Source of the DNA: Neovahlkampfia damariscottae
Lineage: Eukaryota
Assembly: GCA_016618085.1 (NCBI GenBank)
Contig: JABLTG010000036.1
Span: forward strand, 62,001 to 126,000
Reading direction: 5' to 3'
Length of the DNA stretch: 64,000 nucleotides
Translations under genes and position numbers: made by a program
Part shown: positions 24,969 to 37,383 of the stretch, one piece after another
Position numbering within the stretch: position 1 is the first letter of the stretch
Layout of the letters: each line of letters starts with the position of its first letter
Notes under the pieces: model-generated
Seen by the model: only the letters and a program-made list of their open reading frames with translations
Database searches by the model: none
What the model was told of the DNA's origin: nothing

Positions 24969-25706
24969 TCAAACTTCCAACAATGAATATGCAATTAAAT
25001 ACAAAAAACCATATAATTCTTCTTCACCCCAAACAAATCTATTTGCATCTATTACTTTATCATTAAATTCATTTAAGAGATGATCTATTTTGATTTCAAA
25101 ATCTATGGTTCCATTTTCATCATTTTCAAGATAAATCAAAATTTCATCATTGAATGCAGATAAACTGAAAACACATATTTTTGAAGAGTTTATATCAATG
25201 AAAGAAAATACCATTGGTACTGTATTTAATATAACATCACATGATGTGTGACACATTTTGAATGGTAATTCAATAAATCCCTTCTCAAATTTCAAGATTT
25301 GAAAACTTTTCATGATATGGTGAATTTCATCAAATGCTCCAGTTGAAAAATAAGGTATCTCTGGAACTAACTCAAATGATATAGTTAATTCATTTGACCA
25401 TGTGATTAATATATTCCAAGTGATCCAAAACTCTTCACGTTTTTGTTGAATATCTAACATTTTTTTTTGTTTTTCTAACATGATTTCTTGTTTATCAATA
25501 ATGAATTTTTGATTCTTGGGTGACAGTTTTTCGAAATTCTTTTGGAAATTGAAAAGAATAGCTTCTGGAGATTGCAAGAATGTTTTATGGAAAAGTGATG
25601 AAGTAGATTTGAATGAAATATAGTCATCTGGATCTAAGAATTCAATGATTATTCTTAATATTTCAGGTATAAATTCCAAGTTCTCTTTGTTTTCCTTTTG
25701 AACCAT
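24969..25706 (-). CDS. F-box-like protein
   Basis: N-terminal FIPEILRIIIEFLDPDDYISFKSTSSLFH resembles an F-box; ATG 25706. Confidence 0.6.
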   Translation of the reverse strand: MVQKENKENLEFIPEILRIIIEFLDPDDYISFKSTSSLFHKTFLQSPEAILFNFQKNFEKLSPKNQKFIIDKQEIMLEKQKKMLDIQQKREEFWITWNILITWSNELTISFELVPEIPYFSTGAFDEIHHIMKSFQILKFEKGFIELPFKMCHTSCDVILNTVPMVFSFIDINSSKICVFSLSAFNDEILIYLENDENGTIDFEIKIDHLLNEFNDKVIDANRFVWGEEELYGFLYLIAYSLLEV

Positions 25707-25751
25707 GATCTTTGATTTGTAATTGGTCAATTTTTTTGATCATTATTTATA

Positions 25752-26798
25752 TCATTTTTTATTATTTTGAAATGGATTAATAAGGAACTTTGATAGTTCA
25801 AATGCCGAAATAAATGCCCCTTCAACTCTAGATCCAGAACAATAATCACCACAAATTCCAAGTTTCTTTACATCATCAAATAAGTATCCATCATTTATCG
25901 ATTTTGGAACTGCAGCATATTTCCATGAATAAGTTTGTTTAAATACTGTTTCAAAAACAATATTTTCATCATAAATCTTTAAAATTCGAATAAATTCATT
26001 ATACAAGTCATCAAGAGTATTTGTTGATTTGAAATTCTTTGTTGAATGAACTGTCCAATTTTCAACATCTGATTGACGACCAGGTTTACTACTTTCATTT
26101 GAAATCCATGATACAACTTCAGAATCATTGATGAAACAAGATTGTAATTTAATATTTAATGACGTTTTGAATGACACCATCAAACATTCACAAGAAGAAA
26201 ATTCAACATTTGAGAGTTTTTCTTCAAATTTTTGATAGCAATCTATTGATAATTGTTTAATAATTTCAGGTGCAAGTCCAGCAAGAATTAAAAAATCAAA
26301 ATTCTCTTTCATTGGTTCAATATCATTTGAGTATACTTTCCATTTATCATTGTGAAATTGGATTTTTTTAATTTCTCTTTTTATAATAGTTGCATTATTT
26401 AAATTACTTTCTATTTGATTTATGATCGAAATTTGACTTGGAACACCAACAAATCTTTGAATACTTTCTTCTTTTTTTAAAAATTGTTTTTCTTTTTCAA
26501 AAGAAAAGTTATTTGATTTCCATTCTTTTATGATACCCTTTTCATTAAATTCTTTCAAATAATTTGAAAAATTTTTATTTCTGACAGTAAAGTATTGAGC
26601 ACCAACATCAAAAGAAGAATTTTCATTTGACATTGAGGAAATTCTGCCTCCAATATTTTCCTTTTCAAATATTGTTACAATAAAACCTGATTTTGATAAA
26701 AAATGAGCAGAAATAAGACCAGAAAGTCCACCTAAGTGAAATAAAAAATTTAAAGTAGTGAATTTCTTACCTCCTATAATTCCTACAGTTTTCTTCAT
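25752..26798 (-). CDS. renalase-like NAD(P)/FAD-dependent oxidoreductase
   Basis: Removing an in-frame 39-nt intron (26770-26732) restores IIGGGLSGL; FDVGAQYFT, WKYA and GICGDY...RVEGAFISA motifs. Confidence 0.9.
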   Translation of the reverse strand: MKKTVGIIGGKKFTTLNFLFHLGGLSGLISAHFLSKSGFIVTIFEKENIGGRISSMSNENSSFDVGAQYFTVRNKNFSNYLKEFNEKGIIKEWKSNNFSFEKEKQFLKKEESIQRFVGVPSQISIINQIESNLNNATIIKREIKKIQFHNDKWKVYSNDIEPMKENFDFLILAGLAPEIIKQLSIDCYQKFEEKLSNVEFSSCECLMVSFKTSLNIKLQSCFINDSEVVSWISNESSKPGRQSDVENWTVHSTKNFKSTNTLDDLYNEFIRILKIYDENIVFETVFKQTYSWKYAAVPKSINDGYLFDDVKKLGICGDYCSGSRVEGAFISAFELSKFLINPFQNNKK

Positions 26799-26874
26799 TT
26801 TTTTTTCAATTTGAACAACTCTATAACAAATCTATTATTGACGAACAGAAAAGTCGGTTGATCAATTTGATTGG

Positions 26875-27833
26875 ATGAATAATTTAACAGAAGTGGAAGA
26901 GATAAAAGAACAGGAGATAAAACCATTGAAATATTCATCTGTAAAACAGTTTGGTGAATTCTCAGAACAAAATAGAAGACACAGAAGAAAAATGGAGGTA
27001 AAAAAAAAATAACTAAAAATCTTGTTGAAGGATTCTTCTATCATGATTGATCAATTTCGAGGAAACAATGAAGAAGGATTTTTTGGTATATACGATGGAC
27101 ATGGAGGTCCTATGGCCTCACAGTATGCCAGTGAAGTCTTACATAAAGTAAAACAGACCAAACAGACTAACAACAACTCTTAAGCATTTTGAAGATGCAT
27201 TAAATAAAGAAAAAACGGTTAAAGATGCATTTATATACGCATATAAAGTTACAGATAATGAATTGAAACAAAAAGGTGCTGATTCAGTCGGAACAACTTG
27301 TGTCAATGCTTTTGTAACTAAAATAGATAAAGAAAGAAAATTATATGTGGCAAATGCCGGTGATTCAAGGGCAGTTTTATATCATGAATCAAGATCATTT
27401 AGATTATCCCAAGACCATAAACCATCTTTAAAATCTGAAGTTGATAGAATTATTGAAGCAGATGGTTTATTGATTCAAGGGAGAGTTAATGGTATTATAT
27501 CATTGACTAGATCATTAGGTGATCATAATATGAAAGATTGGATTATTAATGATCCTTATTATTCAGAAATGACAATAACTCCAAAAGATAAATTTCTAAT
27601 TCTTGCTTGTGATGGAGTTTGTCTAATTTTAGGTATATTAATTTTTTTATTAGATTTGGGATGTTTTAACTGATCAAGTATAGATTTATTATTTTTCACA
27701 TTTTATTTCTTAGGAAGCAGTCACTTTGATAAAAGAAGAAATTGATTCAAAAAAAGCAGCTGAAAAAATTGTAAAGGAAGCATTGAAGAAATTTTCAAAA
27801 GATAATTTATCTTGTATTGTAATATTTTTATAA
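26875..27833 (+). CDS. protein phosphatase 2C (PPM family)
   Basis: RRKMED, FFGIYDGHGG, ANAGDSRAVL, DHKP, TRSLGD, LACDG|IWDV, KDNLSC; four short introns. Confidence 0.93.
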
Positions 27834-27906
27834 AAAACATTTTTTTCTTCTTTATTTCAAAATGTTGTGATTGGTTAAATCAAACCACCGAAAAAAGTAA
27901 ATTTAC

Positions 27907-28626
27907 ATGTTTGACAAACTTTATGATTTGAGTTATAAAAAACTACGTTCATATTTTCCTACTTTTCAAAATGAAGATTCATCAGAAGAAAAAAAGAAAA
28001 TTGTGAAAATTGAAAGTGAAAAAAAGACGACAAATTTTTCTGATTACTTTAAATGGAAAAATGATGAAAATGAAAAAAAACATGATTTAAAAATTGGTGA
28101 TCATATCTTTGTATGGAGATATTTTTTATATAATCATCATGGAATTTACATTGGAAATGATGAAATCATTCATTTCTCAGGGGAACCATTCAAATTTCAA
28201 GAATCAACTTATATACCAAAGATTACTGGATTTGTTGAAAAAACAAACTTACAAAAGTTTTTAAAGGGTGGAAATATTTCTATTCAACAATATGGTGATA
28301 AAATTGGAATGATAGGAATTTATTCATCTGAACCAGAAGTGGTTTTAAAACGAGCAAATATTTTATTAAAAAATTCAAAGTTGATTGATTATAATCTATT
28401 TTTTAATAATTGTGAGCATTTAGCAATGTATAAAATTCAATTAAATTTTGTTTAATTTTTGTCTAGTTGGTGTAAAACAGGATATAAATTTTCAGTTCAA
28501 ATCAATAAATTGAAATATGCAGAGATTTATTCAAAGAAGTTTAAAATATTAGAACCTTCAGATACACTGGATCCATCAGATTTCATCATAAAAAAACCAT
28601 CAAATTTATCAAAATCTACTGAATAA
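27907..28626 (+). CDS. LRAT-like (NlpC/P60 permuted) domain protein
   Basis: GDHIF...YNHHGIYIG...IIHFSG...YNLFFNNCEHLA|WCKTG; one intron. Confidence 0.88.
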
Positions 28627-28667
28627 AAAAAAAATAAACTAAATTTTGAAAAATCAAAAATTTTTAT

Positions 28668-29622
28668 TTAAAAAGTAAAGTAATTTTCTCTTTTGAAATC
28701 AAATTTAGATTTTAATATTTTAGTCATTGCATCAATCATTGGTCCTGGACCGCACATTAATACAGTTGAATCAGTAGATGGTTTTGTTGGACAATATTTT
28801 TCAATAATTTCAGGTGAAATAAAACCTACACCTTGACTCCAATCTTTTGAAATTGGATTATTTAAAACATGATAAACTTCAAAATTTTCATATTTGTTTG
28901 CATATTCTTCAATTTTTTCTCTTAAGATAATATCGTTTTCTGTTAAATTTCCATAAACTAAACTGACTTTTGTGTTGTCATCTTTTTCTTCCTCAAAAAT
29001 ATGATGAATAATCTTTAGAAAAAGTTAAACCTTTTTTTTTAACTTACTTGAAGCATAGGTGTAATTCCAGTACCACCTGCTAACATACCAATATGTTTAA
29101 ATTTATTTTTTTCATATTGAAATCTACCACTTGGTCCTATGACATCAATAGAATCACCAATTTTAAGACTATCAACATGTTGACTCATTTTTCCTTTTGG
29201 ATAAACTTTGATGACTAACTCAAAAAATCCAAGATCTGAATTACTTGAAGTTGGTGTATAACTACGAAGAACCTCTTCACCATCAACAATACATCTAAAA
29301 AATTGTTAAATTCTTTTTTTTTTTTTCACTTTAATTTGATGTGTTGGCCAACTGGTAAACCTAATGATTTGTTATTTGGAATTTCAAAACGATAACGAAC
29401 AACTGGAAGGACACCTTCTCCTGAAGTTAAAGTTTCTTTTGATTTTAAAACAAATTTTCTGTGTTCTTTTGGATGAAGTACAGTTGTATCTTTTTCATTT
29501 TTTTCTTCTTTTTTTGTTGTTGAAGATCCTGAGAAGAATTTTGTTGTGATGTATGCAACAACTAAACCTAAACCAACTGTAACTGCTTTATTTTCTGAAA
29601 TAAATTTTAAAATTTGGTCCAT
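28668..29622 (-). CDS. NADH-cytochrome b5 reductase
   Basis: N-terminal anchor, [43 protein letters not shown]; two introns. Confidence 0.93.
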
Positions 29623-29713
29623 CCTTCCACGTCAAGTACTTCGAAAATGTCCAATCAAAATTCTTCTATTTTTGACAAAAAATTTATTATTCCGAAATTG
29701 GGTAAATTCCATG

Positions 29714-31713
29714 TTATATTGTAGATAAGTTCAATTCCATCAATTGTTCTTTACTCACTTCACTTGGACTGTTTGTCATCAATTCATTTCCAGTGGATGT
29801 TCTAAAATTAAAATCACACATAAAAATCTTACTTTGGGAATGCAATTACATCTCTAATTGAATTTGAGTTACATTTAATAGCAATTAAACGATCTAACCC
29901 CAAAGCAACTCCACCTATCAAAATCAATTAAATTCAAATCTAAGTTACCATGAGGTGGGGCACCTAATTTTAATGCTTCCAATAAATGTGTGAAATATTC
30001 TCTCTTTTGTTTCAGAATATCAACCAAAATATGTTCTTGTAATTTTGCATCATGAATTCTCAACGAACCACCACCAATTTCTACACCATTCAACACAATA
30101 TCATAATTTAGACCTTTTAAAGTGAATACATCATCATTTTCCATTTTATTTGCAGGTGATGTGAATGGATGATGAACACTTTGAATTTTATTGTCTTCTT
30201 CATTTCTATTGGAAATTAAAACGAAAGTAACTTGATTCTTACAATTCGAATAATGGAAAATCTATCACCCATAAAAATTTGAATTCTTCTTCTTGATTTC
30301 TTTCAAATATATCTAATCTTATTTGTCCAAGTAATTTCAATATTTTCATTTTATCTTTTCCAGTTATCAAAATTATATTTTCATTTTCTTTTATTTCTAT
30401 AACAAATATTAGAAATAAAAATGAATCAGTACCCAATTTATTGATAATATTTTCATTCAAATCTTTATATTTAACCAATTTTAAATCATTTTTATATTTC
30501 TTAATTTTTGGAATTAATGTTAAATCCATAGTGAATCCAAATGTGAATTCATCCTTTTCAAATGGAAATTCAAATTCATTAAAGTTCAAAATCTTCTTTT
30601 TTATTCTCTAAATATATTAATTAAATCAGTATATAGTACTAAATCTGGTTTATCAATTCCATAATTTGACATTGCTTCATCATAGGTCAAAATTGGAAAT
30701 TTTAAATTTTCATTTTCAAAGATTATTTTTATCAAATTTTCAATTAATTTCATTACATCTTCTCTTTGAATGAATGACATTTCAATATCTAATTGAGTAA
30801 ATTCAGGTTGACGATCTGATCTTCCACTTTCATCTCTATAACATCTGGCAATTTGAAAATACTTATCAATGCCTCCAACCATTAATAATTGTTTAAATTG
30901 TTGTGGTGATTGAACAAGTGAATAAAATTTATGTTTTTGTCTTGTTGGTACTAAAAATTCTCTTGATCCTTCTGGTGTTGATTTGAAAAGTGCTTTTGAA
31001 AAGTTAATAATTTGGAAGTTTACTTGGAGTTTCAATTTCTAAAAAATTTTTATCAAGAAAATAATTTCTTATTTTTTGAAGAGTTTTACTTCTTTCTTTC
31101 AAATTTTCTTGTAATTGTTCTCTTCTTAAGTCAATATAACGATATTTTAATCTTAATTCTTCTTCTGAATTTTTCAATTGAATTGGTAAATTTGAAGGTG
31201 TTTCATTCAATAAATTCAATTTTTCAACTATTAAAAATATTAAATAAATGGATTATATAATGAATACCAAAAATTTCTATGTTACCATTTTTCATTTTTA
31301 AATTTTTCATATTTTCAGGTCTTTCTTTGACAATTCCATCAATTTCAATCACACTCTCAACATTTAAGTTTTTGAAATTAAAATCTTTTGGGTTGTATTG
31401 GATTTGAATTTTTCCACTTTTTTGTTGTGTTAATTTTTCAAATTCTTACGAAATATCTCTTAAAACAATGAAATGAAAATCTTCATTTCTTTTTTGGAAT
31501 GGATTAGTTTATTTTTTTCATTTACATTTTTCTTATATTTTCAATCCAACCATATAATTTTACTGTTTCATTGATTTTGAATTCATTTCCACAAAAATTT
31601 CTTGTTGGTATTATTTTTTTTTTTGAATAAAAATCTAATTGTTTTTCGATCATTGAAGAATGTATAAGTTTTTTTAATGGATTATTCTTTGTTTTAAAAA
31701 ATTGTTTCATCAT
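29714..31713 (-). CDS. DARS2: mitochondrial (bacterial-type) aspartyl-tRNA synthetase
   Basis: [57 protein letters not shown]; basic N-terminal presequence; nine short introns. Confidence 0.93.
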
Positions 31714-31842
31714 GTTTTGACGTGTTCAAAAATTTTTTTGAATTTGATGGCAAACCAATCAAAATGAAATTCATTAACAAAGATTAAAAGAATTCAACCT
31801 GAATAACGTTTGATATTTAAGAAGTATTTTATTTTGAATTTA

Positions 31843-32160
31843 TTAATCCAATGGATCTCTTTTATCAATAAGCAACGAATTTCTGGTTTCATCAAGTCTA
31901 CTCGCAGAGAATTTCCTAGATTAAAATAATTTGAGTAGAAAATGAAAATACTTTTCTGTTAGTATTTGTGAAGCAATGGAATATGATTTTTTAAATTTTA
32001 AAGCACAAGATTGAACACAATTAATATTCATGGATTTGAAACACACATCAAAACAATTTTCAGTCAATGAAAGCAAATATTCTTTGCTAAATTCATTTGA
32101 AGAAACTTTGAAAGCAATTTTTTGAATTTCTTCAGCTGATTTACCGTCTAATGAAGACAT
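31843..32160 (-). CDS. small Tim-like twin CX3C protein
   Basis: LTENCFDVCF...NCVQSCALKF; ATG 32160; one intron; about 93 aa. Confidence 0.65.
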
Positions 32161-32270
32161 TGAAGTAAAAATAAACGAACCAATCACTGAGCTAGAAAGC
32201 AACAAAACAAAAAAACCTCAAAATCAATCTTCAGTAATCGAATTCACATTGTTTCTGTTATTGTCATCAA

Positions 32271-32355
32271 AGCAGTGTGGCCGAGCGGTCCAAGGCGTAC
32301 GACTTAAGATCGTTTCCACAGTATGTGGGCGCGGGTTCGAACCCCGTCGCTGCTA
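32271..32355 (+). tRNA. tRNA-Leu(UAA)
   Basis: Acceptor AGCAGTG/CGCTGCT, D arm GCC/GGC, anticodon loop CT-TAA-GA, long variable arm CCAC/GTGG, T arm GCGGG-TTCGAAC-CCCGT, discriminator A, downstream T-run. Confidence 0.95.
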
Positions 32356-32461
32356 TATTTTTGTTCTTTCCAAAAATCTGATTTTTTGATTGTTGAGTTT
32401 CATTGTTGATTTCTTGGTTCTTTCTGGATTTTGAGATGGTTTCGGTCAAAAAATAAAAAAT

Positions 32462-34849
32462 TCATTTTATTTTTGATTTCTTCAAAAACTCGGATGCAGT
32501 TTCAAATCCTGCAAATTCTTCAGCGTTTCTTTTGTTTGAATGTTTATCTGGTGAAGGGGTTTCAATCATACACTGATCATCAAAATCATATTGACTCTAA
32601 AATATTAGAAGTTGTCTAAATTTACATCTAATGGATACAGATTCAGTTTGTTTGGAAACAAACTATCGAATGACTCATTTTCATCTTTTAATGAATCACT
32701 TTCATCATCCGATTCCAAATCTTCATATTTTGTTTCAAGAAATTTATTTCCTTCTTTTTTCAAATCTTTGAATTTCTTCTCCAAAGGAATGATTTCCAAG
32801 TCATTTGAAGATGATTTTGTCAAATCAAATAAAAAACCTGATTTCTCTTGAGCACAAATTCTCTCACCGAATGATCTTTTTGCACTATGAGAAAGAAACA
32901 ACAATTCTTTTGCCCTAGTCATTCCAACAAAAAATAAACGTCTAATGAATTAAATATAGAATAGATATCAAACCTTTCTTCTTTTTTTTCTTCATCAGAT
33001 TGTGCAAGAAAACTTGGTAATATACCTTCTTCAATGCATGGAATGAATACAATTGGCCATTCCAAACCTTTTGAACGATGTAATGTTGAGATTCTAATGG
33101 AATCATTAGTGTTAATGCTTGATGCTCTATCAAGAAGCGATTCCACATAATCAATAAATGTTTCAATTGGTGATTTTGTTGAATCCAATTCTATCTTCTT
33201 TGCAGTTTCATATAATTCATTTAAATCTTCCCATTTTTGATTAAAATAAACTTTAAAATTTCTGTGAAGATATGCAGTCAATTTTTCTATCAAATGTTTC
33301 ACAATATTCCCAATAGAATCTCCATCATTATTCATTTCTGTTATTCTGTTCACAATTTGGACATAATTTTGGATTCCAAGTTGATTTTCTTCATCAAATT
33401 TTTCTTTTTTTAAAATATTAATGATAGATGTTTTCTCATAATTTTGGTAAACTGTTTCAATAACTTCAGCATCTATTCTTCTATTTGGGAAATTTATTGT
33501 TGCTGCAAAATATTGAAATTCTTGAGTTTGAACAAATTTCAAATAATTAAGAACTCCTTGAACTTCAGATGTATCAAAAAAACTTGATTGGGCCACAACT
33601 CTATAAGGAATCTCTTTTTTATGAAAATATTCTTCAAATTCTAATATATTAGAATATATTTAAATACAATACCTTTGATAATAGAGTTAGTGCGACATAA
33701 AATTGCAAAATCTCCATATTTCAAATTTCTTTCTTTTTTTAGTGATTGAATTTTTCCTGAAATATATTCTAATTCTTGATCCATTGAAAAGCATTCCTTC
33801 ACTACAATTTTATCTCCTTCTCCTTTTATTGAAGTTAATTCTCTGTCTTCATCTTTGTCCCTCAATGGTTTCATCAATTTTGAAGATGCACGTAAAATTG
33901 TTTGTGTTGATCTGTAATTAATTTTCAAATAAATCTTTTTTACATTTGGGAAATTTTTAACAAATTTTTGTAGATTTCGAACATTTGCGTATCTCCAAGT
34001 GAAAATTGTTTGTTCTGGATCACCAACAACCATAATCCTGTTATGCACGGAAGTTAATTTCAAACAAAGACTATTTTTTAAAAAAAAGAATATATTACTC
34101 ATATTGTAAATTGTTAGTGTCCTGAAATTCATCCACCAAAAGATATTTAATCTTTGAAGAAATTTCTTGAAGACATTCTTCATTATCCAACAAATCTAAA
34201 CATTTGACCAATAGATCATCATAATCTAACATATTCTTTTCTTTTAAAACTTTGAGGTATTGTGAATAATATCTATACATATCAACAGAACCGCACGCTT
34301 TTGATTCTTTGATCATTTGTGGTGTTTGTCTTTTATTTTTTGCTTCACTTATTTTCTTTATACAATCCCCAGACGTTGTTTCTTCAATTTGTTCTTCTTC
34401 AATGATTTTTCGAAGAATATCTCTTTGTTCTACATCTTTACAAATATTGAATTTTTTGATACCAATTTTTGAACCATGGTTTTTGAGAAGTTGATGACAA
34501 ATGGAATGAAATGTTGATATTTGAATATTTTTTACATTGCAAACTTTTTGAGTTCTTTCGCTCATTTCTTCTTTTGCTCTTCTTGAAAATGTCAATGCAA
34601 CAATTTCTGTGGGTTTAACTTTGAATTCGTCAAGTATAAACTTAATTCTATGCGTTATAACCTTGATTATGAATATATTATTTGATTAAATTACCGTTGT
34701 TTTTCCAGTACCTAAAATATATTTTTCTATTAATTTTTCTCTTTTGTTTTGTTACCTGGACCTGCAAAAATGACAGAAACTGGTTCTTTTGTCATTATTG
34801 CTTGTTTTTGATGTTCATTTAATTTTGTGGACGAACCATTTCCGCTCAT
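32462..34849 (-). CDS. UvrD/PcrA/Srs2-like SF1 DNA helicase
   Basis: Walker A AGPG|TGKTT split by a 17-nt exon; LVDEFQDTN, VVGDPEQTIFTWR, NYRST, STLHRSKGLEW, EERRLFFVGMTRAK. Confidence 0.93.
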
Positions 34850-34940
34850 AAAAATGTTGTTCGTTGTTTCTTGCGAACGAAAATGAATTGCTAATCATTG
34901 GTCAATTCTTCAACAAATAAAATCTCCAAAGGGATAAATC

Positions 34941-35712
34941 ATGAGTAAACCTTCTTCCAAACTTGAAAAACAAGAAAAATATAAAAAGAAATATAAAAAA
35001 AATTACCTTGCAATCAATAAATTACATTTAAAAAATGATGATGAATATCAAGAAATGGAAAAAGAACAAAAACAAAAAAAAGTGAACTTTGATGAATTAT
35101 TTGTAAAAAAACCAAAAACAAAATTTGATGACTTATTTGATAAAATTAAAAAAACAGATTATAAATCATATATCAGAATAGAAACTAATTTTGGAAATTT
35201 GAACTTTGAAATTTTTGCCTCAGAGACACCAATAGCCAGTTTAAACTTTATAAGATTATGTCAACAGAAAAAATATAATAATTCAATTTTTCACAGAATG
35301 ATACCAGGATTCATGATGCAAGTAAGTCCAAGAAAAAAAGAAATTAATTTTTTTAAAGGGTGGAAAAATACCTTCGAACTGTATTTATGAAAAACCATTT
35401 CCAAATGAAATAAATGAAAATATAAAATTTGAATTTGAAGGATTACTTGGAATGGCGAACACAGGACCAAATTCAAACACAACAGAAGTACCCAAATTTA
35501 ATAGATTAACTTCTTTTTAGTTTTTTGTGACATTTGCACCTTTGAATCATTTAAATGATAAATACTCTTGTTTTGGTAAATTGGTTGGAGGAAAAAAAAT
35601 TTTAAAACAAATTGAATCTGTAGAAAGAACTAAAAGTGATAAACCTTTGAAAGATATCAAAATTTTGAACACAATTGTTTATTTTGATCCTTTTGAAGAA
35701 CTTTCAAAATGA
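34941..35712 (+). CDS. cyclophilin-type PPIase (PPIL2-like domain, divergent)
   Basis: IETNFGNLNFEIF, FHRMIPGFMMQ|GG, LGMANTGPNSN, FGKLVGG; two introns. Confidence 0.88.
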
Positions 35713-35800
35713 ATAAAAAATGAACCAATCAACATCAATAAAACTTCATCATTTGAGCACTTTTTTTTTTGAATACACACACAAGTAACAACACTCTCAA

Positions 35801-36349
35801 ATGTCCGAAACAGAAGATTTAAAAAGAGATATAATCGCAGCTGCTTCTTTGAATCAATGCAAACAGGAAGCAAGAAAACTCCTTGAACAAAGATTTAAAG
35901 GAAGTTCAGAAAAACAAAGTCAGTTGGTTGAAGATACATATCTCAAATGTCTCACAAAATATGCTCAAGTTTAAAAAAAAAAACATTAAAAACAAAATAG
36001 AAATTCGAAAATTGGGGTTCTGCTGAAAGTAAATCTGGTTTTCTTTATTACTTCAATAGAGAAGAACAAAAATCACAATGGAATCGACCTGTTGAAATTG
36101 AGGAAGATATTGAAGTAAAATTTGAAACTAAATCTAATTTTCAAAGCTTGGAAAAACAATAAATGACAGAACGGAACCATGGATGGAATGTGAATTTTTA
36201 CACATAAAATTACTTCAATGTGAAAAAGCTTCTGATTCACAAAATGGATGTATGGTTGAAGCAAATAGATTATTTAGATGTCTGAAGCAAAGAATGTAAA
36301 AAAAAAAAAAAAAAAAAAATTAATTTATTTTTTCAGAGATTCAGAATAA
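35801..36349 (+). CDS. 147-aa protein with WW domain and twin CX9C (CHCH-like) motif; absent from ORF track
   Basis: Exons 35801-35968, 36001-36114, 36147-36295, 36337-36349; WW: NWGSAESKSGFLYYFNREEQKSQWNRP; C-X9-C-X9-C-X9-C. Confidence 0.75.
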
Positions 36350-36383
36350 AATATCATTATCAAGCAAAAAAATGGATGTTTTT

Positions 36384-37311
36384 CTAAAGCTGCTTTTTTA
36401 TTTTCCACCATTTTTTATGTAAAATACGTAACTCTTTTGGAACAGTTCTTTTGTTATACTTCCATGGTTTATGTTCATGTTCGTAATGTATAACTTTAAT
36501 AGGTTCTTCACTGATTTTCATATTTTTTGAAAGTATATATTGATCAGCATTGTACTTAAATTTTAAAGGTTGATATTTGTTTTTAAAATAACTATTTAAA
36601 AAACCTTGATCTGCTTTATCATATGAAGGCAACTTATTTTCCAACTTTTTTAAAATATCTTTGAACTTAATTTTTGAAGGTTTAGCTACGAAAACACCTG
36701 CATTAAAATGATCACAACAATCTATTGCTGCACTGAATTCTGGATAATTGAATAATTCATCAATATTTTTTAAAACCAAACAATCAGAGTCAATATAAAC
36801 AATTTTATCAAACATATCTAAATTGAACACCTAACCATTTTGTTAGAATTTTGTTTTTTTGAACGTTTAATTTGGTCAATGTTTTTGACCATCTGTCATG
36901 ATGAGTTTTTCCTTCATAAGGTGATTCAATGTCATTTACTTTTATAACTTCACATTTTTGCTGTTTCAATTTTTCAATTGATTCCTTTTTTACATCCGAA
37001 TTTACAACACAAACTATTCTACTTTTTGTATTTGTCAATTGTAAACTTTTAACCAAAACTTGAGCTCCTATGACATAACTTTCATCAGTAATTAATGTGA
37101 CATAAGCATTTTTATTATTTTCTTTTATTGGTATATTTTCATATTTCTGTTTAAAGAGGGGTTAAATTTTAAAATTTACATTTAACAATTGGAAGAACAT
37201 ACTTTCATTTTTCTGATTTGAAAAATTGAAAAAATAAAAAATGAATAAAAATGATATAGCAATCAAAAAAATTATGATTAAACGTTTTTGTTGTTTGTTT
37301 TGCCTAAACAC
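36384..37311 (-). CDS. glycosyltransferase family 8 (glycogenin/PGSIP-like), type II membrane; start uncertain (GTG 37311 or ATG 37200)
   Basis: AYVTL...YVIGAQVLVKSL, TKLN, KIVYIDSD, FNAGVFV, DQGFLN, IHY..HKPW; two introns. Confidence 0.88.
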
Positions 37312-37383
37312 TTTGAAAAACTATTTGATTGGTGGGAAATTAATCATTGGTCAATTACAAAAACATCAAGTTCTCTTTGGTTT

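Noticed and set aside
27618..27653. Internal AG|GT inside a PP2C intron (possible recursive site)
   Set aside because: The whole intron is of normal size, and the halves (roughly 16 and 21 nt) are below the minimum intron length seen here.
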